Source of the DNA: Paludibacteraceae bacterium
Lineage (GTDB): Bacteria; Bacillota; Clostridia; Lachnospirales; Lachnospiraceae
Direction: 5' to 3'
Assembly: GCA_963628035.1 (NCBI GenBank)
Contig: CAVGED010000015.1
Span: 1,397-65,396, forward strand
Length of the DNA stretch: 64,000 bases
In this document: positions 45,504 through 54,950 of the stretch, one piece after another
How the letters are laid out: the number at the start of each line of letters is the position of its first letter
Numbering within the stretch: the stretch's first letter is position 1
Notes under the pieces: generated by a model
Told to the model about the DNA's origin: nothing
The model's database searches: none
Seen by the model: only the letters and a program-made list of their open reading frames with translations
Translations under genes and position numbers: made by a program

Positions 45504-46490
45504 TCAATAATACAGCTCTGCCTGTATCGGGCAATGATCAGAGATATGCTCTCCGTCGTAGCGGTCATCTACCACCTCAAAGATCTTGGCTGCCATATTC
45601 TCTGACTGGAAGAGATAGTCACCAAATGCATAATTTCCTTCCTCACGCTTGCCCCAGTTGTTGAAGGAACCGCTTGTGGTAGTCTCTGCCGCTTGAAAGC
45701 GTACGTCCGGATAGCCTCCCTCCGTAATGGCATGGTAAGCGGCATCGGTAATGCTCATGTTCCAATCACCGCCCAATATGGCCGGACGCTCACCACGAAG
45801 TTCCGTTACCATCTGAGCCGTCAGTTTGCAGGAGTTGGTCCGAACCATATCATTCTCCGGGTCAGTGTGGATATCCAATGCCAGGAACTCTCCGCCCGTC
45901 TTCTTATCCTTAAGGATCACCCAGTTTACGCATCGCGGAAAGTTGCTGATGGTTCCGTCCGTCCATGCTGCGGAATATACCTCCGGCGTGGAAGACAGCC
46001 AGTAGTGTCCGCTGTCCACAAGGTCGTATTTTTCTGTTTTCCATAAAACCGGTGCAAACTGTTCTCCGCTCTTAAGCCCCGCTTCGCTCAGTTCTCCGCC
46101 ATAGCGACCGTAGCCGTAATAGCTGTACCCATTCTCTGTCATAAATGCCTGGACATAGGGGATCCAGTCTGTGCTGACTTCCTGGAGCATAAGCACATCC
46201 GGGTCGTTCTTTAAGACGAGATCCCAGATCTTGCCTACCCGCTCCTCCACAACGTCTTGATAGTAGACGTTGTAGCTCATAACCTTTACTTGATTCTTGT
46301 ATTGTTCCATATCATTCTCCACCGGAACGTTCATATTGTCGTTTTTCGTTCCATTTTCATTATCATCAATTTTAGTCTCCGAATCCGATGTTCCGCTCTG
46401 GCCCTGCTGACTGTCCTTCGGTGCGCCACAACCTGTGAAGCACAGAGTCAATGCCACGAAAACAACGATAAAGCGTAATCTTTTTTTCAT
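45504..46490 (-). CDS. endonuclease/exonuclease/phosphatase (EEP) family lipoprotein
   Basis: MKKRLRFIVVFVALTLCFTGCG lipobox. EEP motifs VMSYNVYY, MLQEV, GGDWNM and SDHCPI. Confidence 0.8.
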   Translation of the reverse strand: MKKRLRFIVVFVALTLCFTGCGAPKDSQQGQSGTSDSETKIDDNENGTKNDNMNVPVENDMEQYKNQVKVMSYNVYYQDVVEERVGKIWDLVLKNDPDVLMLQEVSTDWIPYVQAFMTENGYSYYGYGRYGGELSEAGLKSGEQFAPVLWKTEKYDLVDSGHYWLSSTPEVYSAAWTDGTISNFPRCVNWVILKDKKTGGEFLALDIHTDPENDMVRTNSCKLTAQMVTELRGERPAILGGDWNMSITDAAYHAITEGGYPDVRFQAAETTTSGSFNNWGKREEGNYAFGDYLFQSENMAAKIFEVVDDRYDGEHISDHCPIQAELYY

Positions 46491-46513
46491 GTTCTGCCTC
46501 CTTTTCATCAACG

Positions 46514-47383
46514 CTATCCTTTCAACGACCCCATCATAATGCCCTTTTTGAATGACTTCTGCACCAACAGATATGCGATCAGCATAGGCAGGGTAGACAC
46601 CACGATAATGCCGTATTTCAGGCTTTCATAGATGAGCTGATCCGATATGGTGTTGCCGCTGCTCATTCCATCCATGCTGCCTAATACCAGGATCCTTCTT
46701 AAGAAAATCTGTAAAGGCATGAGCTGGTCATCAGACAGGTAGATCAATGCGCTGAAGTAGGCGTTCCAGTGACCTGACATGTAATAGATTGTCAACACCC
46801 CCAGGATAGAGCCGGATAAGGGCAACACGATTTTCCTTAAAATTTGCCACTGACTGGCTCCTTCCATGTATGCTGCCTCCGTCAGTTCCTCCGGAACGGA
46901 ATGAATGAAATAGTTCCGCATGATCAGGAAGTTGGTGACGCTGATAGCCGAGGGGATGAACATGACCCAGGGCGTGTTCAGCATGTGCAGACTGTTCAGA
47001 TTCAGGTAGGTGGGAATCATACCTCCGCCGAAAAACATGGTGAATGTCACAAACATGGTCAACACGTTTCTTCCCCGCAGGTTCTTCTTAGACAACGGGT
47101 AGGCTGCAAACACCGTCAGAACCATATTATACAGTGTTCCTACCACCGAGTAGAAGATGGTGTTGCGATAGCCTGTCATAATGTTCTTATTTTTAAATAT
47201 GTAGCGATAGGCGTCCAGGGTGAAGCCCTTAGGGAACAGCGTCACATTCCCGGCTAAGAGCTCCTGAGGATCCGAAAAGGACGCGCTCAGCACAAAGATC
47301 AGCGGATACAGCCACAACAGCGCTGTGACGATTGCCACCGTGTAGACAATGACAACATAAATCGTATCCGTGCTGAATTTCAT
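46514..47383 (-). CDS. carbohydrate ABC transporter permease (LplC-like)
   Basis: Polytopic. EAA-type loop EAAYMEGASQWQILRKIVLP. The ATG at 47383 has an AAGGAGA RBS. Confidence 0.85.
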   Translation of the reverse strand: MKFSTDTIYVVIVYTVAIVTALLWLYPLIFVLSASFSDPQELLAGNVTLFPKGFTLDAYRYIFKNKNIMTGYRNTIFYSVVGTLYNMVLTVFAAYPLSKKNLRGRNVLTMFVTFTMFFGGGMIPTYLNLNSLHMLNTPWVMFIPSAISVTNFLIMRNYFIHSVPEELTEAAYMEGASQWQILRKIVLPLSGSILGVLTIYYMSGHWNAYFSALIYLSDDQLMPLQIFLRRILVLGSMDGMSSGNTISDQLIYESLKYGIIVVSTLPMLIAYLLVQKSFKKGIMMGSLKG

Positions 47384-47424
47384 TCTCCTTCTTTTCTTTC
47401 TTTTCACGTGCTTCCTCCTTATTG

Positions 47425-48378
47425 TTACCACAAGCTCACATCGCTCTTCTTCTTTGCAATCCAGTTCACCAACAGCAGCACCGTCACATTGATCACCGAA
47501 TTGAACAGTCCAATGGCTGTGGCGTAGTCATACTGCTGAGCCGAGATTCCACGGTCATACACGAAGGTGGAGATGATCTGGGATACGCTCGTGTTTGTGG
47601 ATGTCTGCATCAACAGCACCTTTTCATAGCCAACGCTCATAATATGACCGCATTTTAAGATCAACTGGATCACGATGGTCGGCACGATACATGGGATGGT
47701 GATCCTGGTCAGTTGCTTCCACCGACTGGCCCCATCCACCTTAGCTGCCTCGTAGAGCTCCTGGTCAATGGCCGTCAAGGCAGACAAGTAGATGGCTGCG
47801 CTCCAGCCGGTGTTCTGCCACAGGCCGGAGATGATGTACATTGGCCGAAAATATTCTGGCATCCGGGTAAAGTAGATTCCTTCCTCGATGATGCCCAGGT
47901 TCTGGAGCAGGATGTTCACAATGCCCGTTGTTGGGGACAGGAATGCCTGCATCATACCCACCACCACTACCGTGGATACAAAGTGAGGCGCGAAGAACAC
48001 GGTCTGCAAGGCGCTGTTCAGCCTTTTTACACGAATCTCGTTGAGCACAAGGGCCAGGCAGATACTTAAGGGGAAGGAAAACGCCAGGCTCAAAAGACTT
48101 AAAATCAGCGTGTTCCCCAGTATCTTCCAGAAATTATAGGCTTCAAAAAAACGGATGAAGTGCTCAAAACCCGCCCAGGCACTGCCCCATATTCCATCCC
48201 GGATGGTGAAATTCTTAAATGCAATCTGTATCCCCGCCATTGGAATGTAATGGAATATCACAAAGTTGGCGATAACCGGAATCAGCAGTAGGTATAGCTG
48301 CCAGTACCGCTGCAGGGAGATCTTCCATAAGTGGACGGAAACACTGATCCGCCCTTTTTTAGCATTCTTTTCTTTCAT
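47425..48378 (-). CDS. carbohydrate ABC transporter permease (LplB-like)
   Basis: 317 aa and polytopic. EAAKVDGASRWKQLTRITIP loop. Confidence 0.85.
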   Translation of the reverse strand: MKEKNAKKGRISVSVHLWKISLQRYWQLYLLLIPVIANFVIFHYIPMAGIQIAFKNFTIRDGIWGSAWAGFEHFIRFFEAYNFWKILGNTLILSLLSLAFSFPLSICLALVLNEIRVKRLNSALQTVFFAPHFVSTVVVVGMMQAFLSPTTGIVNILLQNLGIIEEGIYFTRMPEYFRPMYIISGLWQNTGWSAAIYLSALTAIDQELYEAAKVDGASRWKQLTRITIPCIVPTIVIQLILKCGHIMSVGYEKVLLMQTSTNTSVSQIISTFVYDRGISAQQYDYATAIGLFNSVINVTVLLLVNWIAKKKSDVSLW

Positions 48379-48392
48379 ATAGTTCTCCGTTC

Positions 48393-50093
48393 CTACTTAT
48401 ACTCGTTCTGGGTATGGTAGCCTTCCTTAAAGCCACTGTCATAGGCCCGCTGTAAGGCCGTCTCATAGACCTCCAACACATCCTTCACTCCCATGCTTTC
48501 AATCGTGCGCACATACTGATCCCAACTGTCATCCGTCAACTCCGTAGTCCCCATGATCCAAGCGTCACGCATGGAAGCCACATAGGCATCGATGTCCTTC
48601 TTCTGATCCTCGATGATACGCTGCTCCTTGGTATTGAAGGTGAAACTGGGCCAGGCGATAACGCAGTCACCAATGAGGGCATTGGCCGCCTCCAGAGCGA
48701 TGCCTTTATTGTCATCAGCACTGTTATAGGGTACCTTGGTCATGGTAGGTGTGTGTCCGTAGCCGTAGAGGCTAACATACACGGCACAGCCATCGTAGGA
48801 GTTGGATCCGGAGTAATAGTCCGCCAGTACCGCATCCGTGAATTTATAGGTACCGTCCGCCTGGGTCTCATAGGTCACTCCCTCGTCCCCATAATAGAAG
48901 AACAGGGAACCCTCATCGCTGTAGAAATAATCCGCCCAGCGCAAGGCCACCTCCGGATACTTACATGCCGTGGTAATGATGTAGGCCCCGGTGTCCCCCA
49001 GACTATTGATCCCGTAATAATCCTTGTCACCACCCGATCCCTCCATGACACCGTCCAGGTAAGTATATTTCTGCTGTACACTCTCACCCACCATGCATAG
49101 GTTGGTGTAGGCGAATACGCCACAGACGTCGTTATTTAGATAGTTTCCAAGATTTCCCTCTGTGAAATCAAAGTATTCCTGATTCAGAAGTCCTTCCGCA
49201 TACAGCTTGTGAACCCATTCCACCCACTGACGGAAACCGTCGCTGGTGGCAAAGAACCGTACCTTCTCATTCTCTTCATCCCAGTCGATGTAGCCGTTAT
49301 TCCGCCCTCGGTTGCCAATTCCGAACAGACCGTAGGTAGTAAACTGCAAATGGTTGGGACTTAAATACAGCCCCACCTCATCTGCCATACCATTGCCGTT
49401 TGGATCTCCGTTTTTGAACTTATCCAGCACGTTATAAAACTCGTCTGCCGTGGTGGGAGTGGAGAGCCCCAGCTTCGTCAGCCATTCTTTATTAAAAAAC
49501 ATTTTGCTAGCCAAAGTGGAACCGGTGGAATTCCGCACCATCCCTAAGGAATACACGCTGCCGTCCGGCATCATGGATGAAGATAAGATTTCCGGGTACT
49601 TCTGGCACAGTGCCCAGTAGTTGGGGGCATAGTTTTTCAACAGGTCGCCCTCCATCAAGTTCAGGAAATACCCTTGCTCCCCGTATTTCAGTTGAGATGA
49701 ATTGGACGTGCCGCCTTTTAAGATAATGTCCGGCAATTCCCCGGTAGTGAGTTTTAAGGCCAGTTGATCCGCGAAAGCGTCCGAGGATACCTCCTCCCAT
49801 TCGATATGTACGCCTGTTTTTTTCTCATAAGCGTCCACAAAGTATACGTCGTGGATGCTGTTCATGTTGGAATACATGGTTCCGTTGACAATCATGACCT
49901 TCAGGGTGATATCTGTCCCCTCCTTCACGATAGGGAACTGGGAATCTGTGTTCAGGTAGTCCGGTACTCCCTCAGAAACATTATTCCCCTTGTTTGCATT
50001 ATTGCCATCCTTGTTTCCTCCGTTGCCACCGCAGCCCATAAGTCCAACAGCCAGGCTCAGTGCCACAAACAGCGTCAATGTTCTCTTCTTCAT
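48393..50093 (-). CDS. large extracellular solute-binding lipoprotein (LplA-like)
   Basis: 566 aa from the ATG at 50093 (AAGGAGG RBS). Lipobox LMGCGG. Size and position are typical of the oligosaccharide-binding component. Confidence 0.8.
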   Translation of the reverse strand: MKKRTLTLFVALSLAVGLMGCGGNGGNKDGNNANKGNNVSEGVPDYLNTDSQFPIVKEGTDITLKVMIVNGTMYSNMNSIHDVYFVDAYEKKTGVHIEWEEVSSDAFADQLALKLTTGELPDIILKGGTSNSSQLKYGEQGYFLNLMEGDLLKNYAPNYWALCQKYPEILSSSMMPDGSVYSLGMVRNSTGSTLASKMFFNKEWLTKLGLSTPTTADEFYNVLDKFKNGDPNGNGMADEVGLYLSPNHLQFTTYGLFGIGNRGRNNGYIDWDEENEKVRFFATSDGFRQWVEWVHKLYAEGLLNQEYFDFTEGNLGNYLNNDVCGVFAYTNLCMVGESVQQKYTYLDGVMEGSGGDKDYYGINSLGDTGAYIITTACKYPEVALRWADYFYSDEGSLFFYYGDEGVTYETQADGTYKFTDAVLADYYSGSNSYDGCAVYVSLYGYGHTPTMTKVPYNSADDNKGIALEAANALIGDCVIAWPSFTFNTKEQRIIEDQKKDIDAYVASMRDAWIMGTTELTDDSWDQYVRTIESMGVKDVLEVYETALQRAYDSGFKEGYHTQNEYK

Positions 50094-50112
50094 GATAGAC
50101 CTCCTTTTATTG

Positions 50113-50976
50113 CTATTCATTTATTGTAATCCTTCTTTCCGATTGTCCGGTTCGATCCGCCAGATATTGCTTTAAGGGCAGCACCCAGTCAGTCTGGATA
50201 ATGTCAAATCCTCGATCCAATATCCAGCCCCAGCCATGATCGGGGCTCCCGGTCACTGCCACATCATCTGTGTGACCGCCGGACAACTGACTCTTGTAGG
50301 AATATAAAATTGCATTGCACCACAGCACTCGTCTCCGTTCATGGTGACGTCTTATGTATTCTTCGGAAGCCAGCGGCGAATCCTCCGACGCAAACACAAC
50401 TTCCGCGCCCACAAAGTTCAAATTCATCTGCTCCAACTGCCCGGTCAGCTCGTCCTTTTCCTTATAAATCGGCATAAACATCATATCCGGTGCCAGCGCC
50501 TCCATCTGCTGCGCATACGTAAGCTTCGCCGGAGCCTTGATCAGCACCTGCCGTTCCATCCCGTGACGCCTTACCAGCCGGGTCATCTCCGGTAGGCAGT
50601 CCCAGCCATGATCCAGATTAATAAAACAACGCCCCTTGTAAGTCTCCAGAAACTCCTCCAGTGACGGAAGGTGATACTCCGTGGCCGCCCGATCAAAATT
50701 CACATAACGAAGCTCCCGTATTTCCTTCCCGGTCATCTGTTCCAGATGGATATCCAGGTTCAGATGCTTCCGCTCCTGGCTCGGATGGAAGATAAACAAT
50801 TCCCCGTCTGCACTGACAGTCACATCCGTCTCCAGCATATCAGCTCCCTGAGCCAAGGCAGCTTCGAAGGCCTGTATGGTATTGAAGGGAATATTCCCGC
50901 CGGACACTCCTCTATGCGCAGCGATCAGAACACCCTTCTCCCTTCGTGCTTTTTGCAATTCATTTTCATATTCCAT
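50113..50976 (-). CDS. cytoplasmic glycerophosphodiester phosphodiesterase family protein
   Basis: 287 aa. AAHRGVSG and MLETDV GDPD motifs. No signal peptide. Confidence 0.8.
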   Translation of the reverse strand: MEYENELQKARREKGVLIAAHRGVSGGNIPFNTIQAFEAALAQGADMLETDVTVSADGELFIFHPSQERKHLNLDIHLEQMTGKEIRELRYVNFDRAATEYHLPSLEEFLETYKGRCFINLDHGWDCLPEMTRLVRRHGMERQVLIKAPAKLTYAQQMEALAPDMMFMPIYKEKDELTGQLEQMNLNFVGAEVVFASEDSPLASEEYIRRHHERRRVLWCNAILYSYKSQLSGGHTDDVAVTGSPDHGWGWILDRGFDIIQTDWVLPLKQYLADRTGQSERRITINE

Positions 50977-51172
50977 TGGTTCTGTCTTACCTCCTTCAGT
51001 AACATTTTGCTAAACAAGGTTTGCTTTTTCATAACCATTTTCCCATTCTCAGGCATTGCTTTTCAGGATTTTTCACTTATTTTCCAGTATTTAGCAATCC
51101 TTTTTCTCACATTTCAAACATTCTTTTCCAAACTTTGTTTTTATTTTATTCTATTATTTTAAAAAAAGCCAT

Positions 51173-51202
51173 TGCATGATGTGTCCATTATTTGATATAA
51201 TG
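51173..51202 (+). promoter_or_regulatory. sigma-A type promoter TTGCAT-18-TATAAT (extended TG) for the AraC regulator
   Basis: ttgcat gatgtgtccattatttga tataat, 30 nt upstream of the ATG at 51233. Confidence 0.5.
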
Positions 51203-51232
51203 TTACCAATTCATTTAGGAGGTTCCCATCCA

Positions 51233-52048
51233 ATGAACAAATTAGTTGACCGCTTCACCGTGAACCCCATCCCCACCACCGACATTGTCCCCGTCCGCGC
51301 CGGATACCAGAAATGTGACCCCGGCTACGACTTCGGTCCGGTGACCCGCGACAGCTACACCATCCAATACGTGTTAAGCGGCTGCGGTACTGTATCCAAG
51401 GGACAAGCCACATTTCCGGTACACGCTACGGAATGTTTCATCCTGCGTCCGGGTGAGACAATCCGCCTGACTGCTGACGTCTTAAATCCCTGGACCTATA
51501 TATGGATTGGCTTTCGTTCTACGCTAGATCTCCCAGAGCTGCATAAGGAGGATGTGATACCAGGAAAAAGCCTGGAAAACCTATTTCTGGAGATTGCCAA
51601 CTGCAACAAACCGGCCAACCGGCCCCTGGAACCGCTGTTACTCTCCTATCTCTGGGATCTGATCTTCCGCATGAGACAGATGAACGCCGGAAAGCACAAC
51701 ATCTACAAGAATTCCGAAGCCTACGTAGAAAAGGCCTGCCAGCTCATCTCCAGCAACTATGCCACCATAGATGTCAATCACCTGGCAGCTCATCTTAAGC
51801 TGAGCCGCTGTTACTTAAGCCGCATTTTTAAGGAAGGAACCGGGATCTCCGTACAGTCATATCTTACCAACACACGGCTGCAGGCCGCCAGAAGTCTTCT
51901 GCTCTCCGGTTATACGGTATCCCAAGTCAGTAGCATGGTGGGCTACGCGGATATCGCCAGCTTCTCCAGAGCCTTTAAAGCGTATTATAAGTTTTCACCC
52001 CGGCAATATGTGCAGTTGGATTGGAAAGAAAACGAAGGAGATGGATAG
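51233..52048 (+). CDS. AraC-family transcriptional regulator (divergent from the glycan cluster)
   Basis: 271 aa from the ATG at 51233 (AGGAGG RBS). N-terminal cupin-like part. C-terminal HTH ...GYADIASFSRAFKAYYKFSPRQY. Confidence 0.85.
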   Translation: MNKLVDRFTVNPIPTTDIVPVRAGYQKCDPGYDFGPVTRDSYTIQYVLSGCGTVSKGQATFPVHATECFILRPGETIRLTADVLNPWTYIWIGFRSTLDLPELHKEDVIPGKSLENLFLEIANCNKPANRPLEPLLLSYLWDLIFRMRQMNAGKHNIYKNSEAYVEKACQLISSNYATIDVNHLAAHLKLSRCYLSRIFKEGTGISVQSYLTNTRLQAARSLLLSGYTVSQVSSMVGYADIASFSRAFKAYYKFSPRQYVQLDWKENEGDG

Positions 52049-52103
52049 AAAAACAGAATTTTGAACACGTCCAAGATACGCATCTCTAACTATAATATAA
52101 CAA

Positions 52104-52129
52104 GAGGCAGGGAATACTTTCCCTGCCTC
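52104..52129. terminator. 10-bp GC-rich hairpin between convergent genes (probable terminator)
   Basis: gaggcaggga-atactt-tccctgcctc. The U-tract is weak on both strands. Confidence 0.5.
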
Positions 52130-52143
52130 ATACTGTAATAATA

Positions 52144-52800
52144 TTATTCCTCTACGCTTCCGCTATCCGCGGTATCTCCGGTGTCTTCAGCAGCACTTCC
52201 TCCATCCGCGGTATCTCCGGTGTCTTCAGCAGCGCTTCCGTCATCCGAAGTATCCGTCTCCGGCTCTTCCGTCACATCCGCCACGCTCTTCTGGAATGCG
52301 GTATAGATGGTACTGTCCACCAGATAGACGCTGTCATCGCCGCTAACCATTAGGTAATACTGGCTTGTCATACTGTTATACATGCCGATGGTGATGGTAA
52401 GCTCCTGATCTCTGCCTTTTAACCGGATCACATTCTGCGGCTCATCAAAGCCATACTCGCTGATGTCCTCCGGCGCTTCGAGCTTTTGGCCAGCTGTGAT
52501 CGTCCCCACATTCGAGAGCATTGCGGTGATCGACGTCTGCTTGATGCTGACGGACTTATCGGCCTGGTAATACCAGGTATCGTCTTCTTTTATAAAAGTG
52601 ATCTCTTCGCCGCTATTCTGATAAGAAAACTCTGTGACCTTATCCGCGGACATACCTGTCACCGTGATCTTTTCATCCTCTTCCTTCTGTGCCTCCTTCT
52701 CCTCCTGATGCTTGTTGAAGGCCTTCAGTCCGAAAAATGTCCCACAGAAAGCAACCAGGACTACGCACAGAATAATAAACTGCCTTTTCTGCTTCTTCAT
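52144..52800 (-). CDS. DUF4340-like membrane-anchored protein of the ABC-2/GldG module
   Basis: 218 aa with an N-terminal TM helix. Position downstream of the GldG-like gene. Acidic tail with a 39-bp in-frame duplication. Confidence 0.6.
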   Translation of the reverse strand: MKKQKRQFIILCVVLVAFCGTFFGLKAFNKHQEEKEAQKEEDEKITVTGMSADKVTEFSYQNSGEEITFIKEDDTWYYQADKSVSIKQTSITAMLSNVGTITAGQKLEAPEDISEYGFDEPQNVIRLKGRDQELTITIGMYNSMTSQYYLMVSGDDSVYLVDSTIYTAFQKSVADVTEEPETDTSDDGSAAEDTGDTADGGSAAEDTGDTADSGSVEE

Positions 52801-54950
52801 TATCTCCGTCTCCTTCTCACCCAGATCACGATACCCGCTACCAGCAGGATCACAGGTATGATAATGGCTGCTGCCAGACCGCCCAGAACAATACCTGCCT
52901 GGTTGATGATCAGCTGGGAATTGTCATAGCTCTTCACCGGCACAACGCTGGTCACCTCACTGCCTGTGAATTGTGATACCACACCGGTAAACAGCGCCGC
53001 ATTGTTTCCGTACACCATCTGGCTGGCGTTGTCTGAGAAGATGCTGTCACTGGAGAAAATATACAATTCTGTCGTCTGATTCTCCCCACTCTCGCTCTCC
53101 AAAGTCTTAGATACATAGAGTCCCAGGGCAAAGGGGCCGTCGATATCTCCTGCTTCCTTATCATAAGTCTCCATGCTCTCCACATTCACCTTGGAATAGG
53201 CTGAATCGCTGGTGGACAACAACTCCTTATAGGTGACAGCAGAACCGGCATCCTCGCCGTCTCCATCTGTCTCATCCTGCTGCTCATACAGAAGTCCCCT
53301 CACATACGGAAGGAATACGTATTCTCCGGAAATGTCGGAGGTTGCAGATGCATAGGATACTTTCGGAATCAGGTAAAACGGCATCTGATAATAAGCCGTC
53401 CGATCCGTCTCCAGTACGACACCCTCTGCCATAGTCACACCGTAAGCCGCCAGCAGACTCTCGAAGTTGGGAAGCTTCTGCCCGTTATAGCCGGAAGCAA
53501 TAACTGCCTTCCCGCCTTTTTCCAGGTAAGCCAGCACCTTCTCCACATCATCCTGGGAGAAATCCTTGGCCGGTGCGTTGATGATGAGCGCCGCCGCATC
53601 CTCCGGGATCTCGTCTTTTTCCAGGAGATTCAGGGACTCCAGCGTCACATTCAGCTTGGCAATGGAATCCGTAAAGGTTCCGTTTAAGCTCTGTTCATCA
53701 TGTCCGGTAAGCTGATAGATCACCGGCATATTCTCGCCCGTCACATAGGTGATGGCGCTGGTAAGCTGCCCCTCTGCATCATAGCCTGTCACCGTGCTTT
53801 GGTATGTCGAATAATCAATCTCCGTCTCGTACAGATCGGAATAATCGATGACCTTCGCGCGTTTGCTGCCCTCCACGATCAGACTCTTCATGGTAACACT
53901 ACTGTCGGTATAGTTCGTATAGAAGGAAGGCGACACTGCCGGATCCTTATATACGACCTTGATGTGCTTGGAGTAGCCGGCATACCGCTCCAAGGTCTTG
54001 CCTACCGTGGCATCCTGCGATTTCTCGCTTGCCAGCACATAGATCGTGATATCTTCATCCAGGTTATCCAATACTTCTTTGGTGGCATCTGTGATGGAAT
54101 ACAGCTTCTGGGATGACATGTCGATGGCGCGTACCTCATCCGGCAGTTGCGCACCGATCAGGTTCACCACCACAACAGCCGCCAAAGCCACCGCGATAAA
54201 GCCTGTGCTGAACACGCCAGTCTTGATGCGCATGGTGCTCATGCTCCAGCGCCGCTTCTGGATTGCCTGCACGGTCAGGAACAAAAACAGCACGATCAGG
54301 GACACATAATAGATCACGGACTGCACATCCAGAAAACCGCTCAGGAAATCATCCAGCGGACTTGTCAGGTCATAACAGCCTAATATCTTCGTCAACAGGT
54401 TTCCCGTAGAGGAAATGATGCCGGTGATACCGCTCATCATATAGCCCAAGAATAATGCGCCAAACGTCAGTACCGCAGCAATGACCTGGCTCTCGGTCAG
54501 AGCTGACAGAAATGTTCCGATGGCGATACAGGTCATTCCAAACAGCCAATATCCCAGAACCGCGGCGTAACACTCTCCGAAGGGAACCGTTCCAAAGGCG
54601 CTTAAAACGACAGGTGTCACACATATGACTGCAACCGTTATGGTAAATACTGCACCCATGGCCAGGTATTTTCCAATAACCACCTTACCCAGTGAGACCG
54701 GAGAGGTCAATATCAACTGATCCGTTTTATTCTTCCGCTCCTCCGCCAGCACACGCATCGTCAGAATTGGCACTGTGATCAGCAATATGAATGTGATGGC
54801 CGACAACGTGTTGGCCAGCGTAGGATATCCATATGCAAGATTGTATACGTAAAAATAAAGTCCGAATACGCCTAACGTCACCGCCAGGAACAGCCAGCCG
54901 ATCACTGACTGGAACAAGGACTTGAATTCTCTCTTAAATATTGCCGCCAT
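52800..54950 (-). CDS. ABC-2 type permease fused to a GldG-like extracytoplasmic domain
   Basis: 716 aa. About 230 aa of ABC-2 TM helices, a large soluble domain, and a C-terminal TM helix plus RRRR. 1-nt overlaps with both neighbours. Confidence 0.7.
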   Translation of the reverse strand: MAAIFKREFKSLFQSVIGWLFLAVTLGVFGLYFYVYNLAYGYPTLANTLSAITFILLITVPILTMRVLAEERKNKTDQLILTSPVSLGKVVIGKYLAMGAVFTITVAVICVTPVVLSAFGTVPFGECYAAVLGYWLFGMTCIAIGTFLSALTESQVIAAVLTFGALFLGYMMSGITGIISSTGNLLTKILGCYDLTSPLDDFLSGFLDVQSVIYYVSLIVLFLFLTVQAIQKRRWSMSTMRIKTGVFSTGFIAVALAAVVVVNLIGAQLPDEVRAIDMSSQKLYSITDATKEVLDNLDEDITIYVLASEKSQDATVGKTLERYAGYSKHIKVVYKDPAVSPSFYTNYTDSSVTMKSLIVEGSKRAKVIDYSDLYETEIDYSTYQSTVTGYDAEGQLTSAITYVTGENMPVIYQLTGHDEQSLNGTFTDSIAKLNVTLESLNLLEKDEIPEDAAALIINAPAKDFSQDDVEKVLAYLEKGGKAVIASGYNGQKLPNFESLLAAYGVTMAEGVVLETDRTAYYQMPFYLIPKVSYASATSDISGEYVFLPYVRGLLYEQQDETDGDGEDAGSAVTYKELLSTSDSAYSKVNVESMETYDKEAGDIDGPFALGLYVSKTLESESGENQTTELYIFSSDSIFSDNASQMVYGNNAALFTGVVSQFTGSEVTSVVPVKSYDNSQLIINQAGIVLGGLAAAIIIPVILLVAGIVIWVRRRRR

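Noticed and set aside
52165-52242. A 39-bp direct duplication at the 3' end of the DUF4340-like gene.
   Set aside because: It is a simple in-frame duplication of an acidic 13-aa segment (GSAAEDTGDTADG) in a disordered tail, with no evidence of regulatory or mobile significance.
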